Positions 24,305 to 36,216 of a stretch of DNA of 64,000 nt are shown piece after piece. Position 1 is the first letter of the stretch. Every line of letters begins with the position of its first letter. This stretch comes from Eledone cirrhosa (Eukaryota). Under the pieces are notes generated by a model. The model worked only from the letters and a program-made list of their open reading frames with translations, searched no databases and was not told the DNA's origin. The position numbers and the translations under genes were made by a program. The stretch spans positions 159,588,001 through 159,652,000 of the forward strand of contig OZ024743.1 of the NCBI GenBank assembly GCA_964016885.1, written 5' to 3'.

Positions 24305-26570
24305 ATGATTTCTTTATTGGCCACAAGGGCTGACATCTAGAAAAACATTACAGACGGCACAGGACGGTACAGGAAGATACGGTGTGGGTTTTGTGCATGT
24401 AAAGATTGTTATTATTTATATAAGAAAAGAAGAAAAAAAGACATAGAAACATATAGATACATATATATAAACAATACAAATGAAAATTGAAACAATGAAA
24501 AATTACCCAATAGGAGGGAAACCTCCGAGGGTTACTCGTGGCGAAAACCACACAAAAGACCACGGCCACCCTGACCACCAGGGCAAGCGCCCTTTCTCAA
24601 TTTTTCCATTTCTCAAACTACAGGCGTATATTCAGAGCGGCCCCGTTCACTCGGACCATTCTCGCTACATTCACCCACCTTTCAACAAACTTGCTAGAAG
24701 GCAGCACTTGCTTCTCCACCCTGATTTTCCTCTTCAAATGAAACTTGAAAAAGTTAATTAGGGATTCGCTGAAGAGGAAAGTATCTGTCTTTAACCCTGT
24801 CAACCTTGTCCACCACACAATCGCTTTCCCCATGGCCACCAGGCAGATGAAAACCCCCTGCCCTTCCTCCACGAAGGAAGACAGCGAGATCATCTGCACA
24901 ATGGAATCAGTCGATAATCGGATCAGTCCTACACGCGACAGCAACTGTTCGACATAGCTCCACAAGTCAGGAATGCACGGACACTGGTCGAGTGCGTGCA
25001 GAACGGTTTCGTCGCTCTGCACGCATCTCGGACAGGCTCGGCTGACGGCACTTCCGTGCCTGTATAGCTTATCTCAAACCCGCAACGCTTCCCGGTAGCA
25101 CTGCCGGGCCAGGGATATTTGGAAGTTATCCTTAGGTCCTGGGCTGAAAGTTCTCCGGAAGAGAGCAAACAGCTGATCTTCTTCGACGCCCAGGATCTCT
25201 TCCCCTCCACTAGTTCTCTATAGAACGCCGAGTTGGATGTTCCACCGATACTGGTGCCCAGCTGGCAGAGGGCAGTGAGCGCCTGGAGACATTCCAGTTT
25301 CCAAGCGCTATCCCTCAGTCTTTTCCTGACCCAGGACTGCAGCTCCGTCACGGAGACTAGCTGTGGGAAAACGTGCCTGGCGAAGGGCGACCACATCTGT
25401 TCACCGTCAAGGAATCACCAGAGATTTTGCAGCCTCAGCGCATGTTTGACCATCATCAGCCATGGCATGCCCTGTCCTCCACGCCACGGGTGTTGACAGC
25501 AGATGGATCATCTGACCCTGTGAATGCGTCGCTTCCACAAAAAGCGGAAGAGGAGGCGTTCCAATTTGGTGAAAGTTGGGCAGGGGCAAGGGACCATGGT
25601 GAGACGGTTGCAGATGACGGATGCGATGTACGCATTCGCCACCTCCGCCCGGTTTTTCAAGGACAGCATCCTCTCGGCCCATATCTGGATGAGAGAGGCC
25701 ACCTTGCTCGTCACTTCGCTCCAGTTTTTGTCCGTCTTGAGGTCCGGACCGAACCAGACCCTTATCAATTTAACCGGCTCCTCCGCCCAGCGCCCAACGA
25801 CGCTGTTGGACGGCATGGACCTGCCTCTCCAGGTGCCAATCTGCAGGCCCACTGACTTTTCCTGGTTAATCATTGCTCCTGTCACCGCTTCGTATTCTCT
25901 TAGTGTAGTGCCGATCGCCGTGATGTGTTTGGCGTTCGACACCACTACGGGGACATCGTCCGCATATGCTGACACGGATCTTCCGCATCCTAGTTTGCGC
26001 GGGATGCCCCTGAACGTCTCCAGTTTTTGCAGTAATGGCTCGAGAGTCAATACGTACAGGAGGTACGAGAGGGGACATCCTTGGCGGACCGAGCGCATCA
26101 TGTTCAACGGTTCTGAAAAATGACCGTTCACTCTCACCACAGAGCAGATGTCGCTGTGCTTGGCTTTCGACTGATCTAAATTGATCAAGGACCCACCCGT
26201 GCCAGGTTCCCTAGCTACCCTCTCTACGATGTATCGCATGAGGTGGAGGTTGTCGTGGATGGATCTGTCGGGAATGGCGCATGTCTGCGCCTCTCCCACC
26301 AGACCACCAACGACAAGCGCCAACTTCTTTGCTAGCACCTTGGCCAAAATCTTGAACTCTGTGTTTAGCAGAGTTATGGGCCTGAAATTATCTATGTTAT
26401 CCCCCTTGTTCGGATCCTTTCTCAGCAGTGCCACCGCTCTTCGGCTCACAGAGCTGGAAATTCTCCCCTTCTGTTGCCAGTTGCAGTAGACGTCCGGCAA
26501 GAGGCCCCCGAACAAGTATGGCATCTGTACGTAAAGTTCGTAGGGCAGACCATCCAAACCAGGCGATTTT
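24305..26570 (-). mobile_element. L1/Tx1-clade LINE, 5' truncated (RT, C-terminal zinc finger, 3' UTR)
   Basis: PGLDGLPYELY, NFRPITLLNTEFKILAK, VRQGCPLS, AYADD, DETVLHALDQC; 3' end cttgtggccAATAAAgaaatc(att)n; in-frame deletion after LDQSKA relative to the copy at 29205-33820. Confidence 0.92.
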
Positions 26571-28195
26571 CTCCTTCAGAGTTAACATCAGCTGGAGAAT
26601 CCTTGGGAGGCGTGAAGATCAAGAGAGGTATCTTCCAGGGAGATAGTCTCCTCTGTTGTTTGTCCTTGCCCTGATGTCCCTGACCATTATACTGCGAAAA
26701 GTGAGAGCAGGATACAAGTTGGGAAAGGGAGAGCTTACCATCAATCACCTCCTCATCATGGACGATCTTAATCTATTCGGGAAGAGTGAGAAGGAGTTGG
26801 ATGTACTTGTTGAAACTGTCCGTATTTTCAGGAACGATATATGTATGCAATTTGGTATTAGTAAGTGTGGAGTCCTTGTTATGAAGAGGGGTAAATTGAG
26901 CAGAAGCAACGGAATCCAGGTACCAACAGGTGAGATGATAAAGGAAATTGACACTGAAGAAGGATATAAGTATTTGAGTATTCTGGAGGCTGATGACATC
27001 AAGAACAAAAAAATGAAGCAATTGATACGATCTGAATACATTCGGAGAGTAAGGAGCGTATTAAATTCACATATGAACAGCAGGAATGCCATAAGTACAG
27101 TACATTCCTGAGCTCTGTGTCTATGCGGGAATTCTGAGATGGAATGTTGATGAACAAAAAGAAATGGATAGGAAGACTAGGAAGCTATTGACTATCTACA
27201 ACATGTTCCACAAGAGGAGTGATGTCGATAGACTCTACTTAAGGAGATCTGAAGGTGAAAGTGATCTTATCAGCATAGAGGACTGTGTTCAGATGGGGAA
27301 AAACAACCTACACAAATACGTGACCGATAGTAAGGAGCCAATGCTCAGAATTGAACTGAAGGAGAGGACAATAGACCAGGAGATGTCCAAGGAAGAAATA
27401 ACAAGGAGAAAGAGCAACCTTCATGAAAAGTCCCTTCATAGTACCTTAAAAAGGCTACAGAAGGAATGCTAATGGCTGCGCAATAGCAGGCCCTCAAAAC
27501 GAAGTGGCTGAAACACCATATTTACAAGGAGGAGGCTAGCCCACTGTGCAGGATCTGTGGAGAGAGAGAGGAGACTGTGGCTCACATTGTATCCAAGTCT
27601 AAACACCTAGCCCAGACTCACTATAAAGGTTGGAGACATGATGTGATGGGAAGGGTGATCCACTGGCACCTATGCAAAGTAAACAATTTACCACATTCTG
27701 AGAAGTGGTATGAGCATAAGCCAGAGTCGGTGATAGAAAACGATCAGGTGAAGGTGCTGTCGGATTTTAGGATACAGACGGACAAGAAACTGGAACACAA
27801 TAAACCTGACCTGGTGGTTTTGGACAAAGAAAAAAGATCGTGCCTGATTGTGGATGTGGCCTGCCCATTCGACACGAGAATGCAAGAGAAGGACAGGAAG
27901 AAAATTAACCGATACCAGGACTTAAAGTGTGAGGTAAAATGGATTTGGATCTGCCATGAAGTCAACGTGGTCCCGATTGTCATAGGCGCACTAGATACTA
28001 TCTCAAGGAGTTTCCAAGGTTGGTTAAAGAAAATTGGCCCCGCCCCGCTTTTTGGAACACTTCAAATGGCATGCTTGCTGGGAACAGCAAGAACCCTCCG
28101 ATACGTCCTGAATATCTCAGGCTGCAGGTAGTGGCTTGATATTCATTTCAACAAACTTTCCAGTTAACTAACATCTATGACTGAGACTCAAAGAA

Positions 28196-28197
<2 letters not shown>
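26571..28197 (+). mobile_element. Dong/R4-like LINE (second family), 5' truncated
   Basis: IKRGIFQGDSL, NHLLIMDDL, FGISKC, DRKTRKLLT, C..C..REETVAHI, NKPDLVV, KINRYQDL; (AAT)n tail. Confidence 0.9.

Positions 28198-28257
<60 letters not shown>
28198..28257. repeat. (AAT)n microsatellite / LINE tail
   Basis: Directly visible. Confidence 0.95.
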
Positions 28258-28261
<4 letters not shown>

Positions 28262-28620
28262 GATCGTGTCTGATTGTGGATGTGGCCTGCCCGTTCGACA
28301 CGAGAGTGCAAGAGAAAGAGAGGGAGAAAATTAACCGATACCAGGACCTAAAGTGGGAGGTGAAAAGGATTTGGAACTGCCATGAAGTCAAAGTGATCCC
28401 GATTGTCATAGGCGCACTGGGGACTATCTCCAAAAGTTTCCAGGGATGGTTAAAGAAAATCGGCCCCTTCACGCTTTTTGGAACGCTTCAAAAGGCATGC
28501 TTGCTTGGAACAGCAAGAACCCTCCGATACGTCCTGAATATCTGAGGCTGCAGGTAGTGGCTTGATATTCAATCCAACGGACTTCCCAGTTAACCAACAT
28601 CAATGACTGAGATTCAAGGA
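28258..28620 (+). mobile_element. Second short 3' copy of the same Dong/R4-like family
   Basis: Near duplicate of 27833-28197 (RSCLIVDVACPFD...LRYVLNI), with its own (AAT)n tail. Confidence 0.9.
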
Positions 28621-29168
28621 ATAACAACAATAATAATAATAATAATAATAATAGTAATAATAATAATAATAATCAGTACAACGATGATGATAATGATAGT
28701 AAATAGATGAATAAATAATGAAAATGAATTAATAAAAAGAAATTGACTGTGATAAGTAATTGTCTTTTCTGAACGACAAGTTTAATACAAAATATATTTG
28801 ATTATTTTTGGCCAGTGAAATACTACAATATCGTATGGAAATATGCTGGAAGACATTTAATTTCATTATCTCTATGGTAACTATTTAAAATTGAACGGAG
28901 ACAATTAGATTCAATCAACTGTGATAATATTTGAAGAATTGTATTGTCTCTGATATTTTAACACGTGTACAAGCCGAACTAACAAGATGTGATTTCCAAT
29001 GCATTCTCATAAATATTTTATTTCATTTATTTATCTTTCCTTCCGAAAATTGATTAATGTTTCAGTATTTTGATGCTTTTCAATTCTTACTTCAATCAAA
29101 CACACTGTTATTTGATGTCGATGATGAAGATGATGAGGATGATGAGGATGATGATGATGGTGATAATG

Positions 29169-29204
<36 letters not shown>

Positions 29205-29207
<3 letters not shown>

Positions 29208-32200
29208 CTTTCTTTATTAACCACAAGGGTTTACACAAAGTAGATATTAAGGACAGTACAGGACAATATAGGACGGTACAAAAGGGCATTTCTGCGTGTA
29301 AAAAAAAACAATAAACAGAGGATGTAATAATTTAAAAATGAAAAATTCCTAAATAGGGGGGAGACTTCCAAGGGACATTCGTGGAGAAAGCCCATTTAAA
29401 AGCCACAGTGACCCTGAATACCAGGGCAAGTGCCCTCTCCCAGTTTTCCATCTTTAATTTATAGACACATACTCAGAGTAGGCCCATTCACTCTGGCCAT
29501 TCTTTCCTCTGTCACCCATCTTTCAACAAAATGCTGGGAAGAGAGCACTTCCCTCTCTACCCTGATTTTCCTTTTCAAATGAAATTTGAAAAAGTTAATC
29601 AGTGCATCACCGAAGAGGTAAGTGCTCGACTTCAGCCCTTTCAAACATGTCCACAATACTATCTCTTTCGCCATGGCCACCAGACAGATAAAAACTGCCT
29701 GCCCTTCCCGGCTAAAGGAAGAGGGCGGGTCAATCCTCACGATGGACTCAGCTGATAGATGGATCCGTCTTACACGCGACAGCAGGTGTTCGACATAAAC
29801 CCACAAGTCAGCAATGGACGAGTGCGTGCAGGTGGTTTCGTCGCCCCGCGCGCATCTCGGACATGCCCGGCTGACGGCACCTCCATGCCTGTAGAGTTTA
29901 TCTCGAACTGGCAAAGCTCCTCGGTAGCACTGCCAGGCCAGGGATTTCTGGAAGTTGTCAATAGGCCCCGGCCCGAAAGTTCTTCTGAAGAGATTGGCTA
30001 GTTGATATTCGTCGACGCCTAGAGTTTCCCCAAGTACGTCGTCGCTCTTCTCCTCCAATAATCCTCTATAGAACGCCAAGGTGGAGTTTCCACCGATCAC
30101 AATGCCCGATTGGTCGAGGGCTGTGAGCTCCTGAAGACATTCCAGTCTCCAAGCGCTCCCTCTCGGTCTTCGCTTGACCCAGGACTGTAGCTCCGTCAAG
30201 AGACGAGCTGGGGAAAGACGCATCTAGCAAACGGCGACCACACCTGATCACCGTCGAGGAAGAGGTGGAGATGTCGTAGCCTGAGCGCGTGTCTGCGCAT
30301 CTTCAGCCACGGCATTTCCAGCCCTCCAAGTAGCGGGTGTTGACAGCAGATGGACCTCCTGACCATCGGAGCGCGTCCCTTCCACAAAAAGCGAAGGAGC
30401 AAACGATCCAGCGCAGTCAGGCAAATCTCCTCTAGCGCAATCAGGCAAGTTAGGACAAGGTACGACGGTTAGGCGGTAGTAGATGACGGACGCGATATAC
30501 GCGCTCTCCGCCCATTTCTGGGTGAGAGAAGCCACCCTGCTCGTCACCTCGTACCAGTTTTTGTCCGTCTGAAGGTCCGGACCGAACCAGACCCCGAGCA
30601 ATTTAACCGGTCCGTCCATCTAGCGCCCGACCACGCTGACGGACGGCATGTACCTGCCTGTCCAGGTACAAATCTGCAGGCCCACTGACTTTACTTCGTT
30701 GATCATTGCTCCTGTCACCGCTTCGTATTCTCTTAGTGTAGTGCCGATCGCCTAGATGTGTTTGGTGTTCGACACCACTACGGTGACATAGTCCGCATAT
30801 GCTGACACGGATCTTCCGCATCCTAGTTCGCGCGGGACCCCCCTCAACGTCTCCAGTTTGTGCAGTAATGGCTTGAGAGTCAATACGTACAAGAGGGACG
30901 AGAGGGGACTTCCTTGGCGGATCGAGCGCATGATGTTGAACGGTTCCGAAAGGTGACCGTTCACTCTCACCACAGAGCAGATGTCGCTGTACATAGCAGC
31001 GATCCACCCTCTGAAGACGGGCCCAAAGCCAGCCGCCCTCAGGACTGCCTCTAGGTAACGATGGTCGACCCTTCCGAAAGCTTTCGACTGATCTAAATTG
31101 ATCAAGGACGCACCCGTGCCAGGCTCCCTAGCTCCCCTCTCTACGATGTATCGCATGAGGTGGAGGTTGTCGTGGATGGATCTGTCGGGAATGGCGCATG
31201 TCTGCGCCTCTCCCACCAGGCCACCAACGACAAGCGCCAACCTCTTTGCTAGCATCTTGGCCAAAATCTTGAACTCTGTGTTTAGCAGAGTTATGGGCCT
31301 AAAATTATCTATGTTATCCCACTTATTCAGATCCTTTCTCAGCAGCGCCACAGCTCCACGGCTCACAGAGCTGGGAATTCTCCCGTTCTGTTGCCAGTTG
31401 CAGTAGACATCCGCCAAGAGGCCTCCGAACAAGTCTGGCATCTGTACGTAAAGTTCATAGGGCAGACCATCCAAACCAGGAGATTTACCTCTTGTGCAGC
31501 CAGTCATTGCCTCCCGTACTTCGGCGGCTCTTATCGGCTTTTCGCAACACTCCGCCTCAGTGGCCGAGAGCTGCGGCAATCCGTCGAGGTAGACACTAAA
31601 GTCCAACCCTCGATCCGGCCCACCGCTGCCCCCGAACAGCTGTGCGAATGTCGCTGAAAAGCTTCACACATTTGCCCGGGATCGAGAAGCATGTGCCCGT
31701 TGTTGTCCACCAAAGACTGGATCGTGGGTTTGTTGCCACGACGCGCCTCCGCCACTCGGGCCCATTGAACGGCTTTCATCCCCTCGTGTCTGAGAGCATG
31801 CACTCTAGCTCTGACAACGCAGCTTTCGTGCTTTGCATTGAAGAATTGGTCAAGGGCCAATTTCGCCGCAAGCACGTCGGTCGCGATGCCTTTGCTAAGC
31901 GCCTCGTCTAATTGTCTAACAAATTCTCCCTCTGCTCTATTTTTCTCTATTGCTAAAGCCTTACCAAACCTAATGGACTCTATTCTAATTGCTCTTTTCA
32001 GAGCAAACCACCACTTGTTGTTGACGATTGCCCCCGTCAACGCCCGCTTAACTAGTTCGCTAATATGGTCTCTGGAGGCCTTGCGCGCTGTTAAGGAAGC
32101 GTTTAGCTTCCAGTAGTCGGGTCCTCGTCTTTGAAGCCTATCTAAGTCAAGCACACAGATCACGAATTTGTGGTCCGTGTAGCTGACTATCTTGAATTGT

Positions 32201-33820
32201 GGACAGCCTATGCTAGACCTATCTATTTCCCTACAAAATACTCTATCTAGATATGATCTGGATGACCCGATGCGTTTGTCCAAGTCCACATTGGCACATT
32301 CGGGAAATCCAATCAGTACCTGTTAGACAGTTCAAAATGCCTGAGTAGGTTGATGAGGCTCTTGCACCCTACTCCCCTATCCGCTAATCCCACACACTCC
32401 CAGCGTGCATCTAAGATCCCGTCCCAGTCGCCCACTACCACTAAAGAGTAGTGTTGGTGGTGGTGGTGGTGATGGTGTAGGTGGTTGTGGGGGTGTGGCT
32501 GTTGATGGTGGTGGATGAGGTGGAGTAGTTTTCATTTTCTTTTTTTTTAAGGTTTTCTTCCTCTTTTTGGGGGATGGGGGGTGGGTGAGGGTAGGGAGTT
32601 CTTCCATTTTTTGTTGGAATAGTTCTCCTCTCTTCGGCCTCATCGCACTCCTTGTCCGATTTGGCTATATCAGGAAGGGGTATGCTTTCCATCGGTTTTG
32701 TGGGTGGTGCAAGAGATGGTGTTTTTGTTGTTGCGGATGGTGATTTCTCTTCTGCCATTGTGTTCTTTGTTTGTTTGTCTGCTCCAGTTGCGGGGCACGG
32801 CGTGGGGAGAAGGGGTGAGTGCGTGCCTGTTTTGGTAATTTTGAGGCAGAATGCCTTAATGTGCGTCTTGTCACCACATCCATGACACCTTGGGCGCCTA
32901 CCTTCGACAGTCACGTGTAGATGGCTGCCGTCGTCCAGGTCTATTACATCGGGGATGGCTTCAACGCTTTCGTGGTTTGCTTGGATGATTAGCTCCATCT
33001 CCGACCCTGTCCAATTTCCCTGTCTTATTCATATGACGTTGAGTATGGTTGTGGAATCTACAACGTCAGCGAGGATGGCTGCCGTCAACCACGCCATCTC
33101 CACTGAGGGTGGAACCTGGCCTACTCGAACCCTCACGACTCTCTGGCTGCAATATGTGATTTCGCAATATGTGATTTCGTCGCTGCAGTGTGGTGCAATG
33201 GAGTGTGCTCTGGCTTCCTCTGGTGTAGGGAAGAGCACACCCACAGTACCATATCTCGATCCCCGAGCTATATATGTTTTCTGTGGCCAGACGGCACCCA
33301 TAGCTCTTTGGATCTGTAACTCCCTTTGCCCGTTCAACTCGCCTGGATTTTGATCCGATCGTGCGATAACTGACCGTTTGTTTCTTATTGTCTCAGCTGG
33401 GCGGGTGAGACTTACTCTGTATCCGTTTTTTTTTTACCAAGACCTTTGCCTCTTTTATCTCTTCGTTAGTGATATTTATTTGCTCAAACTTGTTGGTCGC
33501 TTTCGCGAAAATTGTGTTTGTTTTGATTTGTGTTGATACGTCACTAGTTTTGTCTTTGTTTCCGTCGCCGGTGTTTTTGTTTGTTTCTTTTTCCTCTGTG
33601 TTGCTGCTGTTATAGTTGTTGTTCTTTGGGTTTTTTGTGGTTGTTGCTGTTGTTATTGTTGTTATCGGGGTGGTAGTGGTGTTTGATTTCTGTAACGCAG
33701 GACATTTTTCGTTATAATGTTCACTGCTGTTACTACAGTTCCAGTGACAGCTGCTGCTGCTGCTGTTTCTCTTGTTTTTTACTTTGTCTTGTGATTGGGT
33801 GGAAATGGCTGTTCCACCCT
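29205..33820 (-). mobile_element. Near full-length L1/Tx1-clade LINE (ORF1 with CCHC knuckle; ORF2 APE-RT-zinc finger), inactivated
   Basis: ORF1 CHGCGDKTHIKAFC; APE C-terminal SYLDRVF/TDHK/YWKLN; RT KSPGLDGLP, LDQSKAF, IRQGSPLS, AYADY(D); CPRC..DET; 3' end AATAAAgaaagc(att)n. Confidence 0.92.
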
Positions 33821-33821
33821 C

Positions 33822-34770
33822 TGAACAACAAGGGGATTACAAAAAATACATTAAGGACAGCACAAGAAGGTGCAGGACGGTACAGATGTAGGTTTCTTCG
33901 TGTATACAAGATAAGAAAAACAAAGGATGTAACGAGAATTCGAAAGGAAAATTCCCCAATAGGGGGAAGTCTTCCGATGATCCCTCGTGAAGAAAGCCTG
34001 CACAAGGCCACAGTGACCCGAACAGGACATGCGCCTTCTCCCAGTTTTCCACCTCCAATCTACATGCGCATAATCAGAGCAGGCCCATTCTCTCGGTCAA
34101 TGCTCACCCCTCTCACCCATCTTTTAACAAACTGCTGGGAAGGAAGCACCCTGATCTTCCTTTTCAAATTAAATAAAAAAAAAATAATCAGGGCTTCATC
34201 CAAGAGGTAAGTACACGTCTTCAAACTTTTCAAATGTGTCCAGCACACGACCACTTTCGCCACAGCCACCATGCAGATAATAACTGCCTGCCCTCCTGAC
34301 TTAAGGAAGACGGTGAGGAAATTTTCACGATGGATTCAGCTGATAACCGGATCCATCTTAAAGGCGACAGCAGGTACACCTACAAGTCACCAATGTATGG
34401 ACACTTGACGAGAGTGCTTGCAGAACGGTTCCATCGCTCTGCGCGCATTTCGGACAGGTACAGCTGACGGAACTTCCAAGCCTGTAGTCTATCCTGAACT
34501 GGCAATGCTTATCGCTACACTGCCAAGCCAGGGCTTTCTGGAAGTTGTCAATGAATCCCGGCCCGAAAGTTCATCTACGCCAAGGACGTCGTCTCTCTTG
34601 CCCTCGACTAACCCTCTACAGAACGCAAAGGTGGAGTTTCGTTTCCACCGTTCGTTGTGCTCGATTGGCTGAGGGCTGTCCGCACCTGAATATATTCCAG
34701 TCTCCAATAGCAGCCTCTCGGTCTTTACTTGACCGAAACTACAGCTCCGTCAATGAGACGGGATGCTGAA
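33822..34770 (-). mobile_element. Degenerate 3' fragment of the same Tx1-like family
   Basis: AVAKVVVCWT.LK, FNLKRKIRV, FVKRWV and a 3' UTR homologous to 29230-30220. Confidence 0.85.
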
Positions 34771-35086
34771 ATCGATATACAGACATAGTCGAAGACTTCG
34801 CACCAAAAATCATGGTATATCGATGGACGAGAAGAAACTCTAAAGAAAAAAATTCAAGGTGGTCTCTGACTTGAAAGAAACAGCAGCAAATGCTCCACTA
34901 AATCACTTAATGTAATGCCCCCAAAAGATCATATTAGATAATGTAGTCGTGTGCATACAGTGCATGAAAAAATCACGGATTCTACATAACAAGGAAGCCT
35001 TTGATTTTAGTTTTCCTTCGGACAGCACCTACTTGCAGCTGAATATCAAATGCAACTAGAAGAAAGGCATTATTATAAATGTATAA

Positions 35087-35252
35087 GGGCGGTGGATTGG
35101 CAGTATCGGTAGAGGGTTTGACGCCATGCTTTCCAGCATAGTTACGACCCTTTACGATCTGAGTTCAAATCCCGCCGGGGTCGATAAAATAAAGTACCAG
35201 TAATGCACTGGGTAATTGCTGGCATTGTGCCTAAAGTAGAAACAATTATTAT
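35087..35252 (+). mobile_element. tRNA-derived SINE (family A) with internal deletion
   Basis: gggcggtggattggcagtatcggtag...gagttcaaatcccgcc|ggggtcgataaaataaagtacc...attatt. Confidence 0.85.
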
Positions 35253-35259
35253 AAATGTA

Positions 35260-35620
35260 TACCTGTAAACTTCTTGGTGAATGACAACGTAATATCTAGA
35301 AAAATGATGATAAATAAATTTATCAGGATATTTGTTGTCTAACCACACCAGTTATGAAGAATCTAAACATATTCTAATTTATCGCTAAAGAAAAAATGAA
35401 GGAAGTATATAAATATAAAGACCTGGAAATATAGACGTTAACCAAAATGATGGTATTGAAAGAGGAGCAATTTCTATAATAATAAGTGTCACGTGAATTA
35501 TTAAAAAAGACGAGACAAATAAATGCATAAACCGAAGTCAGAGACTTACACATATGTACAACATACAAAAAATAGATGTATAAACCAATGCACACATGTC
35601 ACCTAATACTATTCAATAAA
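35260..35620 (+). mobile_element. Highly decayed Dong/R4-like 3' fragment
   Basis: aaatataaagacctggaaata (KYKDLEI) near 35410. Confidence 0.4.
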
Positions 35621-35929
35621 CATGACAAGGCTCTCATTCCTATGCTCCATTGTGCATTAAATGTATGCAATAAAAATTTGTCAAATGAAATAATAAAATT
35701 ATTGAAATAAATACACGTACTCTTTCAATAATAAGGTACGGAGGTGTGGTCATCAGGTGGAAGCAAATCATAGATTGTAAGGATGGATAATAGAATACCA
35801 CCGCCCTATCAGATACATTATAATATATGGGTGACAGTCTCATGTATATCCATCTCCTGGACTTCCGTTGAATCAGGGGCAAGCCTGGCTATCTATGTCT
35901 TTCTATCTGTTTATCTATACACACACAAT

Positions 35930-36032
<103 letters not shown>

Positions 36033-36161
36033 AGTGTAATTTTCTACACAAAGCGAAGGTTATAGAGAAAATTGAGGTTGGTAATGGCACATGGAATATA
36101 TAAGAGACAGAATACTTTTTTGTGAAAAAACATAATTTTATAAGGTAAGGAAATAATAAAG

Positions 36162-36216
<55 letters not shown>

